Source: Cyclobacteriaceae bacterium (GTDB lineage: Bacteria; Bacteroidota; Bacteroidia; Cytophagales; Cyclobacteriaceae). Taken from it: 64,000 nucleotides of DNA. The notes beneath the pieces were generated by a model. That model worked only from the letters and a program-made list of their open reading frames with translations, did no database searches and had not been told where the DNA came from. Each line of letters begins with the position of its first letter. Within the stretch, counting starts at the first letter, position 1. The stretch spans positions 1,049 to 65,048 of the forward strand of contig JBDVJN010000097.1 in assembly GCA_039961455.1 (NCBI GenBank). The letters are read 5' to 3'. Made by a program: the position numbers and the translations under genes. This document shows positions 35,278 through 43,987 of this stretch, piece after piece.

Positions 35278-35302
35278 CTTCATTTAATACTTGGAATATC
35301 TC

Positions 35303-36457
35303 TTAGTTATCCGTTTTCTTAACGGTTATCTCTTTGAGGGCATTGTCTCTGCTAATTTTTCCACTATCAAAGTCACTTAACGTACTACCCTTCACTGTCA
35401 ATTCTATACTTCTAGGCATCTCACATCCTTTGCACTCGGTCAATCGCACCTTGAACATTAGCATCTCTGAAGGTTTAATGCTCTTGATCGTCCGTCCGTA
35501 GTCAATCATATTCTCCTTGAACATTTTTTCAAACTCAGGATACATTGCATTGACCTTTTCATTTCGTTGCTCACGTGTCAAGCCTCTTTCACCAGTAGTA
35601 CGAATCGTGTGAAGCCCGTCGTTCTCAGAGGAAGAGTATACTCGCATCGAGAAGATTGCTCCCAAATTTTCTAGTCGTTCGTAGTTTATGTTTCTGCTGG
35701 AAGCATAGTACGTAGATGACATATCTGGTTCATAAAGCCTCGAAAAGATGCTGGAAAAAAGCTCCAGATCCCTTTCTTTAGTTTCTCCTCCACGGTCGGC
35801 AAATTTTACCTTCTTAATAGTTTCCTCTCTTGAGGATTTTCCCTGCTTATATGCAATCAAATCACTTTTCAGGATCTCAGCTGTTCTCCCTGTACTCTGT
35901 TTTGTTCTCAGGTTGCGATCACTAACCCACACTTGATTATTCGAATTCTTAACATTTACCATGATTCGATCAGTGGGTTTCAGCTGTCCAATTAGATCAG
36001 CATAGTCCACTAAAAATGTTGTCATATTCTCTTCAAGCAACTCCTTAATTTTCTCGGACAATTCCTCCCCACTAACTCTTTCGAAGCTGGAATCGCTATC
36101 GTCGCTATCCGAAATCACATAGCTATAGGAGGATGTTGAAGAGCCACTTCCACCTACGGTTGGTGCCGTCGGAGCAGTCGGAGCAATCACGGTAATCCCT
36201 CCTTTTGATCTGGATGTATAAACCAATGTGCTTTGTGGCAAAGTGAAAATCACGCCATAGTCAGGAATGTAGTTACTCTCAATACTCCTTGAAAGAGAAA
36301 AAATGTTTCTATCATTATTTGACAACGTACTCAATATGTTCTCTGCGATTTTTAAATCTCGTTCCATTCGCTTCTGATCGATTTCCTGACCAACAGCGGT
36401 CAGCGAAATCATCATGGCAAAGACTATAGTGTATATTATTTTGTTCATCTTTTTCAT
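35303..36457 (-). CDS. secreted hypothetical protein with internal two-module duplication
   Basis: Signal peptide. The two halves align by eye: ENMTTFLVDYADLIGQLKPTDRIM with ENMIDYGRTIKSIKPSEMLM, and LKSDLIAYKQGKSSREETIKKVKF with STLSDFDSGKISRDNALKEITV. Confidence 0.6.
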   Translation of the reverse strand: MKKMNKIIYTIVFAMMISLTAVGQEIDQKRMERDLKIAENILSTLSNNDRNIFSLSRSIESNYIPDYGVIFTLPQSTLVYTSRSKGGITVIAPTAPTAPTVGGSGSSTSSYSYVISDSDDSDSSFERVSGEELSEKIKELLEENMTTFLVDYADLIGQLKPTDRIMVNVKNSNNQVWVSDRNLRTKQSTGRTAEILKSDLIAYKQGKSSREETIKKVKFADRGGETKERDLELFSSIFSRLYEPDMSSTYYASSRNINYERLENLGAIFSMRVYSSSENDGLHTIRTTGERGLTREQRNEKVNAMYPEFEKMFKENMIDYGRTIKSIKPSEMLMFKVRLTECKGCEMPRSIELTVKGSTLSDFDSGKISRDNALKEITVKKTDN

Positions 36458-36495
36458 TTTTCTAGTTTTTGACTTTCACTCATTTATAGGTTAGG

Positions 36496-37287
36496 CTACT
36501 CGCTGTTTCGATAATCATTGACTGAATTTACCTCTTGATTATTCGCAAAAATGTTAAGGTGTCCTTGTATCACTTCGAGATCATTTTGTCGTTGAGATTC
36601 CATGAATTTTGCGAAATCCTGCATCATATCGTCCATGTATTGCTTTTGACTGCGACCTGAAACTTCCATCAAATTCAAAAGAATATCTCTATTTTCCTGT
36701 GTTATCTGGCTAACATATTTATCGATGATATCCTGATCAATTTTATAGTTCACCAATTGTTTGGCACTTGAATTAGCAGCTTGAAGCTGTTTTGTTTTAG
36801 CATCAAAGCTGCTTTCTACTTCACCGATTTTCCCCAAAAGATCTTCGTTATTCGCAGCAAGTGTTTCTTTCATCCAACCCTTGATGCTTTCCTCGCTAAG
36901 GCTTGTATTTGTTTCCTCGAAATCCGAATTACCAAAGCTCATCAGCAATCCATTGTCATCCGTTGAAATTCTCAATTGCGTGAAGTAGCCAATAAGAATT
37001 AGTAAGCTGAGGCTTGCGGCAACCGCAATCGTTGATCTTATGAAGTAATTGCTTGATTCACCTCTCGATACCACGACTGTAGGAGAATTGTCGAATACAA
37101 AAGAAGGCTCAACAACTTCTTTGTCTTCCAGCTTTCCCATGAACTCCCGCATCGATTGAATTTCCATCAACTCTTTCTTAGCTTCAGAATTAGCAGCTAA
37201 ATAAGCTTTTACCTTTTCATGTTCTTCCTTTGACAACTCATCATATAGATAAGAGGTCAACGTCGCTTCGTCTGGTTTATAACTCAT
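36496..37287 (-). CDS. putative anti-sigma factor (single-pass membrane protein)
   Basis: It overlaps the sigma gene by 11 nt. It has an N-terminal cytoplasmic helix pair, one TM segment (IAVAASLSLLILIGYF) and a coiled-coil periplasmic part. Confidence 0.55.
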   Translation of the reverse strand: MSYKPDEATLTSYLYDELSKEEHEKVKAYLAANSEAKKELMEIQSMREFMGKLEDKEVVEPSFVFDNSPTVVVSRGESSNYFIRSTIAVAASLSLLILIGYFTQLRISTDDNGLLMSFGNSDFEETNTSLSEESIKGWMKETLAANNEDLLGKIGEVESSFDAKTKQLQAANSSAKQLVNYKIDQDIIDKYVSQITQENRDILLNLMEVSGRSQKQYMDDMMQDFAKFMESQRQNDLEVIQGHLNIFANNQEVNSVNDYRNSE

Positions 37288-37909
37288 AATGTACTGTTTC
37301 TCTGGTAATGTTCTTACGTTCCAAAATCTCCTTCAAATTCTTTAATCCTCGATAAAGTCGCGTCTTCACCGTGTTTTCTGAAGCATCAAGCGCTTCAGCT
37401 ATTTCCGTGAACTTCAATCCCTCATATTCTTTCATTATCACAATCGTTCGTTGATCTTCATTTAGTTCACCAAGTGAGGAAAGAAGAAAACCTTCTATCT
37501 CTGTTTGCTGAAAGCTGCGTTCCGGATTGAAAAAATTTCCCTTCGCTTCGCCAACTTCTATCTGTTCTTCCGTTTCATCTTCCCTGGTAACCGTAAGGGA
37601 AACTGTCCGATTGCGCTTCTGCTTCCTGCTTTCCTCGTAGCAAAAGTTGGTCGCTATCCGATATAGCCAAGGTTTAAACCTGTCTATGTCTTTCAGCTTC
37701 TTTATGTTCTTAAACATTGCGATGAATGTCTGCTGGGTAATTTCCGCGGCAGTATCATCATCAGAACAATACTTATGGACATAGTTGTAAATACGCTTGT
37801 ACCAAAGGCTAACCAGTTGGTTCAGTGCCTTTTCCTCTCCCTTTTGGGCATTACTAATAAGCGTGTCTGCATGCAGCATGGCGATATCTAATAAACTTTC
37901 CGCATGCAT
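37277..37909 (-). CDS. ECF-type RNA polymerase sigma-70 factor
   Basis: Region 2 (ITQQTFIAMFKNI..FKPWLYRIATN) and region 4 (LNEDQRTIVIMKEYEGLKFTEIAEALDASENTVKTRLYRGLKNL). Confidence 0.9.
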   Translation of the reverse strand: MHAESLLDIAMLHADTLISNAQKGEEKALNQLVSLWYKRIYNYVHKYCSDDDTAAEITQQTFIAMFKNIKKLKDIDRFKPWLYRIATNFCYEESRKQKRNRTVSLTVTREDETEEQIEVGEAKGNFFNPERSFQQTEIEGFLLSSLGELNEDQRTIVIMKEYEGLKFTEIAEALDASENTVKTRLYRGLKNLKEILERKNITRETVHYEL

Positions 37910-38066
37910 CTAATTTACACTTTTGTCCCGGTTAGGTAATCCTTCGCGCATTGGGTATTTCAGTTAGTTACCTTTATGATGGTGGACCAGATCAAAAAGT
38001 TCTTGCTGCCATGAAAAAATATTTGAAAAGTTTGCGTGGAACTGCAATAAGACGAAGTAAGGAAGC

Positions 38067-38438
38067 TCAGCCTTCAAAACTCTCATCGTTTATTACAAGC
38101 AGCACCGATCCATCCACCAACTGAAGATAACCTTGCTCATAACAGAATCGATACTCTTCACCAGCTTTGGTGGTTAAGCTATGTGTGTAAAAATCAAAAT
38201 CGAAACCGTTTTTAAGCAGCTGATCACGATGCGTCTCATTGTTTCCATCGGCATTAAGTTTTATCAAAATTCTCCGATTCCTTCCTAGCGTATTATTAAC
38301 ATTTCTAACATAGTTCGTTGCTGGAGCATTTGTCTTATTATTGAAAGCATTCCGACAACCATCAGAACAGAATTTCTTATCTGACCTTCCTGAAATTGGT
38401 CTTCCACATTCCGGACAAGTTCTTTCTATCTCGCTCAT
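38067..38438 (-). CDS. zinc-ribbon protein (CPxC..C..GC), function unknown
   Basis: MSEIERTCPECGRPISGRSDKKFCSDGCRNAF. ATG 38438 is preferred because the track start at 38444 is TTG. Confidence 0.55.
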   Translation of the reverse strand: MSEIERTCPECGRPISGRSDKKFCSDGCRNAFNNKTNAPATNYVRNVNNTLGRNRRILIKLNADGNNETHRDQLLKNGFDFDFYTHSLTTKAGEEYRFCYEQGYLQLVDGSVLLVINDESFEG

Positions 38439-38612
38439 AAACAATTGATTTACACGTACTAATTCAATTATAAGCGACTACAAACGGTTAATAAGCGACT
38501 GTAAATGTTTAAAAACCAAGTGTGGAATTCTACTGGTCAACTTTTGCCATCGTCAAATGACAACCTCATGGTGATGACATGAGGATTTATTTCTAAAACT
38601 AAATAAAAAAGT

Positions 38613-38951
38613 ATGACAAGCTTAAAAAACAGTGTTCAATTAATCGGCAGACTTGGTATAGATCCGGAAATTAAAGCCTTTGACAGCGGAAAGAAAAAGG
38701 CATCCTTTTCACTTGCAACTAACGAAACGTACTACAACAACGAAGGTGAAAAAGTGGAAGACACGCAGTGGCATAATATTGTAGTATGGGGTAAGAGAGT
38801 AGAGGTTGTTGAGAGTTATCTCAAGAAAGGAAGCGAGATCGCACTCGAGGGAAAGCTTGTAAATCGATCATATGAGAAAGATGGTGTTACAAAATACATC
38901 ACGGAAATCAGCCTAAATGAGCTGCTGATGCTCGGCAAAAAGGAATCTTAA
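38613..38951 (+). CDS. ssb: single-stranded DNA-binding protein, short form lacking the acidic C-terminal tip
   Basis: OB-fold pattern NSVQLIGRLGIDPEIK..TQWHNIVVWGKRVEVVESYLKKGSEIALEGKL. It ends in ..LGKKES with no D-D-(I/L)-P-F tail. Confidence 0.9.
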   Translation: MTSLKNSVQLIGRLGIDPEIKAFDSGKKKASFSLATNETYYNNEGEKVEDTQWHNIVVWGKRVEVVESYLKKGSEIALEGKLVNRSYEKDGVTKYITEISLNELLMLGKKES

Positions 38952-39192
38952 CAAAGATTCCACTTTATGCAACACATATACATACTTAAAAACACATTGC
39001 GGAATGATGTACTTCTTTTTACATAGAATATGAAATATTATTCTGTTTATCAGATGATAATGTGGAAAAATAGATGAAATATTCTTTAGAATCTAGAATA
39101 GAAGCTTCTACCTTGGTTGGACATTAATTAACAATACAAGGTTTTGGTTATAATTTCTCCTTCCTACCAGTGGAAGATTTCTCACAATTCTG

Positions 39193-39220
39193 AAAGCTCA
39201 TGTTAGGCATGAGCTTTTTT
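39193..39220 (+). terminator. rho-independent terminator, plus-strand orientation favoured
   Basis: Perfect 10-bp stem AAAGCTCATG (39193-202) / CATGAGCTTT (39208-17), loop TTAGG, then the T-run continues to 39220. Confidence 0.7.
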
Positions 39221-39222
39221 AT

Positions 39223-39684
39223 TTAGTAAATCTCTGTAATCTCAAAACTTGTTTTATTAAAAGCGAACGTTTCACCTACTTGCTTTCCTAGCATCGCCTG
39301 AGCAATAGGAGCCATTGCCGAAATAACAAAATACGAATCCTTCCCTAATTCAATTTGCCCTAAAGCTGAAGAAATGAAGTATTTATTGCCAGTTGTTTGG
39401 ATGATCGCACCTAATTCCACTTTGTCAGAAACTTTCTTAGAATCTATTGATTTCAGTGGTTTTAACTGATTAAGCAACTGTTCCTTCTGCCCAAGTAATT
39501 TCTCTTTTTCTAACATAAGCATTGCCCTACCGGTTTCATACTTATCGCCGGCACTACTCTTGGTCTCCTCATTTGCGGATTTCTGCACCAATACAAGCTC
39601 CTTGTCTATGTTTGCAAGTTTTTCCTCGATCATCTGAACGCATGTGTTTACCAATGTCTCTTTAAAATGAGCTGAATTTTCCAT
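39223..39684 (-). CDS. GreA/GreB-like C-terminal-domain protein (family often labelled 3-oxoacyl-ACP synthase)
   Basis: Coiled-coil N-terminus with ETKSSAGDKYETGRAM and a GreA-like C-terminus ..SAMAPIAQAMLGKQVGE. ATG 39684 is preferred because the track start at 39729 is TTG. Confidence 0.5.
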   Translation of the reverse strand: MENSAHFKETLVNTCVQMIEEKLANIDKELVLVQKSANEETKSSAGDKYETGRAMLMLEKEKLLGQKEQLLNQLKPLKSIDSKKVSDKVELGAIIQTTGNKYFISSALGQIELGKDSYFVISAMAPIAQAMLGKQVGETFAFNKTSFEITEIY

Positions 39685-39769
39685 TTCACAGATTGTTAAA
39701 AAATCAAGATAGGAGAACATTTTATACAATCCATAATTCTTTTAACAGGTAGGGTATTCCCGCGGGCAA

Positions 39770-40330
39770 ATGTATATTCTCAAAGGAGGGATGAGTGTAT
39801 CTTTGGACTTGCGGATGGAAGTCAGTAAGTCTTTTACTAAAAACGACCTTAGAGAGGTGTACGACCTGTATTTCGAGAGCCTCAGGGGCTTCTTGTATTA
39901 CAAGACAGGTGACATAGATCTTTCTGAAGATTTGGTACAGGAAGTGTTTATTAAACTCTGGGAGAAAAGGGATAGTATTAAAAAGGATACTGTAAAGAGT
40001 TTGTTGTATACCATGAGTACTAATTTGATGATTAATCACTTCAAACATAAACAGGTGGTGATGACCCATCAAGGTGATGTAGTCGCGCAGAACAGGACAG
40101 AATTCCATTCCCCTCAGTTTGTGTTAGAGGAAAAGGAATTTGAAAAGAAGCTCAACGACGTAATTGAATCATTACCGGAAGGATGTAGGGAGGTGTTTTT
40201 AATGAATAGAATCGATAAATTGAAATACGAGGAGATTGCCGAACGACTTGAATTGAGCGTAAAAGCAATTGAAAAGCGAATGAGCAAAGCAATTGGATTG
40301 ATAAAGGAGCAATTGGGCGTAAAGATCTAA
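39770..40330 (+). CDS. ECF sigma factor (FecI-like)
   Basis: Region 2 (DLVQEVFIKLWEK) and region 4 (LPEGCREVFLMNRIDKLKYEEIAERLELSVKAIEKRMSKA). An alternative start at 39815 is likely. Confidence 0.85.
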   Translation: MYILKGGMSVSLDLRMEVSKSFTKNDLREVYDLYFESLRGFLYYKTGDIDLSEDLVQEVFIKLWEKRDSIKKDTVKSLLYTMSTNLMINHFKHKQVVMTHQGDVVAQNRTEFHSPQFVLEEKEFEKKLNDVIESLPEGCREVFLMNRIDKLKYEEIAERLELSVKAIEKRMSKAIGLIKEQLGVKI

Positions 40331-41211
40331 TGAGTGATTTAGAAAAATATCGTGATTTGATAAACCATGAGGGAGATGACCTTAAGGATGAGGTTGCTGA
40401 TTTTCTAAAAAAATCAAGCTCTCTTAAGGTACCTTCCAAAAGAAGCAAAGAAGATATTTGGGCTAGTATTTCAGACGGCATTGATGAACAAGAGGAGTCA
40501 ACCAGCAAGCAATCAGTTTGGCGTTTGATCGGCATAGCGGCTTCAATTGCATTGATTGCTACTTTTTCAGTACTTTTTTTCAATCAACCTGTACAAATTG
40601 AAGTTTTGACCGCATCAGGTGAAACATCAACTCAAACACTACCTGACGGATCACAAGTGATCCTAAACGCTTCTTCGATGATTTCCTACTCTTCGGATTG
40701 GGATCGTGAGTTGACGCTGAATGGAGAAGCTTTTTTTGAGGTAACTAAGGGAGAGAAGTTTCTTGTCAAGACCGATTTCGGAACTGTCGAGGTTTTAGGT
40801 ACTTCCTTCAATGTTTTCGCCAGAGACGGCGACTTCAATGTGGCCTGCAAGACAGGAAAAGTAAGAGTATCTGTACCCGAACGTTCTATTGTAGAAGAAA
40901 TTGAGCCTGGACAGGCAATAGCGGTCAATAGTGACACTGTCAAATTAGTATTCAGAGTTCCCGAGTCAATGGGGAACTGGCAAAAGGGTGAGTTCTATTT
41001 TGATCACCAACCAATCAGTCAGGTTTTTGAGGAGCTGCAGCGGCAATTCAGCATTGAGATAAAATTTGATGGATCCGATGAGCAGGAATTTTCAGGATAC
41101 TTCACCAACAAGAATCTGGAAAATGCTCTTCAGATGGTGTGTCTTCCGCTGGGTCTGGAATATCAAAAAACCGGACAAAGTACTTTCGCCATTAGTAAGA
41201 GTGCGGAATAA
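40330..41211 (+). CDS. FecR-family anti-sigma/sensor protein
   Basis: TAATG overlap with the sigma gene, one TM segment, FecR core (LPDGSQVILNASS..NGEAFFEV) and a C-terminal FecR_C-like part. Confidence 0.85.
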   Translation: MSDLEKYRDLINHEGDDLKDEVADFLKKSSSLKVPSKRSKEDIWASISDGIDEQEESTSKQSVWRLIGIAASIALIATFSVLFFNQPVQIEVLTASGETSTQTLPDGSQVILNASSMISYSSDWDRELTLNGEAFFEVTKGEKFLVKTDFGTVEVLGTSFNVFARDGDFNVACKTGKVRVSVPERSIVEEIEPGQAIAVNSDTVKLVFRVPESMGNWQKGEFYFDHQPISQVFEELQRQFSIEIKFDGSDEQEFSGYFTNKNLENALQMVCLPLGLEYQKTGQSTFAISKSAE

Positions 41212-41220
41212 ATTTCGATC

Positions 41221-43890
41221 ATGAGGAGTATTATTCTTTTCATCTTGATTCTTCTGTCCAGCTCATTATTAGGTCAAAAAAAGTTCGATTTTGATTTTAC
41301 AGGAAAGACACTTTTTGATGCAGTTGAGCAACTATCTAAAAAGCACAAATTCAAGTTTTCGTATAATCCTGAAGCACTTAAGACTCACAAGTTAGGCGGA
41401 AGAATAAGAGCCAATTCCGATGCCGAGTTACTTAGCAAAGTCTTCGAAGATTTACCATTTAAAATCCAACTCTCTGACGGAGTCTATCTAGTCATTCCGC
41501 GAAAAATCAAACGAACTCCGCTATCTCTAGCTGGTAAAGTATACGACAAAGACACAGGGGAACCACTGGCTTTTGCTCATGTTCAAACTTCTCAAAAAGG
41601 CACAATTAGCAATCAGGATGGCAGATTTAATCTTCCACCTCGAGAGGACACCATCACAATTCAGGTCAGTTACATAGGGTACAAGGACTTGCAGTTGAAG
41701 GTAGAGCCAGATAGAGAAGATGTCGCTCTAAATCTTGAGTTAAATCCGCGCGAACTTCAAGAGGTTATTCTAAATACGTCACAGCTTGGTGAGCTTTCAG
41801 GCAAACCAAGCTTCTTTAGTCTTAATCCAAGTCAATTTAACGCATTACCAACATTGGGTGAAACAGACGTATTCAAGTCGATTCAAATGCTCCCAGGAGT
41901 ACGGGCAACAGATGAGACAGCTTCAGGACTTTCAGTTCGAGGAGGCACACCTTCCCAAAATTTAGTAACGATGGATGGTTTTACGCTCTACCATCTAGAT
42001 CATTTTTTTGGAATTTTCTCCACTTTAAATCCCAACGTCATTAACAACGTCAGCCTTTACAAGGGTGGATTTGGACCAGAATATGGAGGAAGAATTTCTT
42101 CAGTGGTAGATGTGTCAGGCAAGACAGGGTCCAAGGAAGGATTTTCAGCAAAAGCCGGAGTTAATCTCTTATCGTTCAATGGCATGATTGAAACTCCGAT
42201 TGGCAGGAAGTCATCTTTTCTTCTTGGCGTGAGGCAATCATTTACAGGAGTCCTTAATTCCGACCTCTTTAAAGACTTTTTATCATCCAACCGCGAATCT
42301 TTCATAGAATCAATAAATCCAGAGGTAGCCACTCTGCAATTCCAACCCTCCCTAAATTTCTATGATATCAATGGAAAATTCCAACATAGGTTTAGTCCAT
42401 CCTCCATTCTTGATATTAATCTATACCTAAGTGAGGATTTCTATTCGGCGGAGTTCACCGAAACCGATGACTTTTCCGGTTTCAACATTGAAGATAGAGC
42501 TACATGGGAGAATAAAGGAATCAGCTTAAATTGGAAACTAAATCCAAACTCAAACTGGCACAGCAATTTCACCATTGCTGCTTCGGAGTTTTTTGATGAG
42601 CAACGATTGGATATTAATCAGACCTTTTTCCAAGATGTTGCTTTTCAAGAAAGCGATACCATTTTCAGTAACTCGGAAGTCACACTCTCAAATTTTGGTG
42701 TGCAAAGTTCGGTCTCTGATGTTACGATCAAATCTGATCATGAGATAGATCTCCCGAATGATGATCTTATCAAAGCAGGAATTGAGCTCAATGCAATATC
42801 CACTAGTTACGATGCCGATCAGTTTTTCTTTCAAAATTTCAGTGAGGAGATCGTCATCCGAAATGACTTGATTCTAGAATCGGCAATAGCCAGCATTCAC
42901 GGCAGTTATCAATTTGAGGGTTCCAACATAAGGTCGAGTATTGGAACTCGTGGAACATTTTATGAACCAACGGGTAAGTGGTTCCTAGAACCAAGATTTG
43001 ATTTGAATTTCAAAATCAATGAAAACTTCAACCTAAAGGGAGCTGCATCACTTCATCATCAATTTGTAAATCAAACCTCCTTGTCGCTATTCAGCAGTGA
43101 TGACAAATTCTATTGGGTGCTGGCAGATGATGCGTCCATTCCAATTCTAAAAAGTTCTCATATGATCTTTGGTGCAAACTATTCATTAGGAAAATGGTCC
43201 ATTGATTTGGAATATTACCGAAAAAATACTGCCGGAATCTTAGAGAATCTTTTTGCCATTAGAAGTCCTGGAAATTTGGACACTCAGAGTTTGAACAGTT
43301 CCATCGACTCTCTATCTTTTGACACACAAATCAATCCTTCAGGGGAAAACATTTCTGAAGGAATTGACCTCTTTGTCAAATTTAGAGATGAGACTTTCAC
43401 CTCGTGGCTTAGCTACTCTCTTGGTGCGTCAAATAATAAATTCTCATACATTGATCAAAACAATCCGTTTCCCTCCAATCAGGATCAACGCCATGAAATC
43501 AATTTGGTCAGTATTCTTAAATTAAACAACTGGGAGCTATCAAGCTCATTAATCTACGGTTCAGGAAGGCCTTACACTACACCAATTCTATTAGGTGATT
43601 CGGCACGTTACTACGATGAAACGAAAGTCAATAGCTTGCGACTACCCTCCTATTTTCGGGTGGATTTATCTGCAAAATATTCATTTCCCATTGGCAAATC
43701 TCAGTGTGAGGTAGGGATAACATTTTTCAATGTATTTGACAAAGTCAACGTAAAGTCTCGAAGATTTACGGAGCAATTCGTCTTCGACGAACAAAACGAT
43801 GCCATCACCGAGGATCAAGTCCGATTGGTTGCTATCGACACTCGCTTACTAGGTTTTACGCCCAATTTCTTTTTCAATATTCGATTCTAG
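41221..43890 (+). CDS. TonB-dependent transducer (STN signalling domain + CarboxypepD_reg + plug + barrel)
   Basis: N-terminal STN-like segment (TLFDAVEQLSKKHKFKFSYNPE..), LAGKVYDKDTGEPLAFAHVQ, plug LGETDVFKSIQMLPGV..GLSVRGG, and C-terminal FFFNIRF. Confidence 0.85.
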   Translation: MRSIILFILILLSSSLLGQKKFDFDFTGKTLFDAVEQLSKKHKFKFSYNPEALKTHKLGGRIRANSDAELLSKVFEDLPFKIQLSDGVYLVIPRKIKRTPLSLAGKVYDKDTGEPLAFAHVQTSQKGTISNQDGRFNLPPREDTITIQVSYIGYKDLQLKVEPDREDVALNLELNPRELQEVILNTSQLGELSGKPSFFSLNPSQFNALPTLGETDVFKSIQMLPGVRATDETASGLSVRGGTPSQNLVTMDGFTLYHLDHFFGIFSTLNPNVINNVSLYKGGFGPEYGGRISSVVDVSGKTGSKEGFSAKAGVNLLSFNGMIETPIGRKSSFLLGVRQSFTGVLNSDLFKDFLSSNRESFIESINPEVATLQFQPSLNFYDINGKFQHRFSPSSILDINLYLSEDFYSAEFTETDDFSGFNIEDRATWENKGISLNWKLNPNSNWHSNFTIAASEFFDEQRLDINQTFFQDVAFQESDTIFSNSEVTLSNFGVQSSVSDVTIKSDHEIDLPNDDLIKAGIELNAISTSYDADQFFFQNFSEEIVIRNDLILESAIASIHGSYQFEGSNIRSSIGTRGTFYEPTGKWFLEPRFDLNFKINENFNLKGAASLHHQFVNQTSLSLFSSDDKFYWVLADDASIPILKSSHMIFGANYSLGKWSIDLEYYRKNTAGILENLFAIRSPGNLDTQSLNSSIDSLSFDTQINPSGENISEGIDLFVKFRDETFTSWLSYSLGASNNKFSYIDQNNPFPSNQDQRHEINLVSILKLNNWELSSSLIYGSGRPYTTPILLGDSARYYDETKVNSLRLPSYFRVDLSAKYSFPIGKSQCEVGITFFNVFDKVNVKSRRFTEQFVFDEQNDAITEDQVRLVAIDTRLLGFTPNFFFNIRF

Positions 43891-43987
43891 AAACTCCCTA
43901 TAGTTCAAGGAAATCTAGAAAAAATTAAAGATTGGTAGGGTATTTTTCAAGACCCCTGTATCACTATACAAATAAGAAAAACTACAT

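Noticed and set aside
39722-40108. 128-aa ORF antisense to the ECF sigma gene. Similar antisense or shadow ORFs include 23595-24053, 40152-40583, 51911-52207, 1066-1365, 1481-1816, 10805-11125 and 22886-23357.
   Set aside because: All of them overlap, on the opposite strand or in another frame, genes with clear family signatures. Their translations are low-complexity or Cys/Arg/Ser-rich and carry no motifs. I treat them as non-coding shadows.
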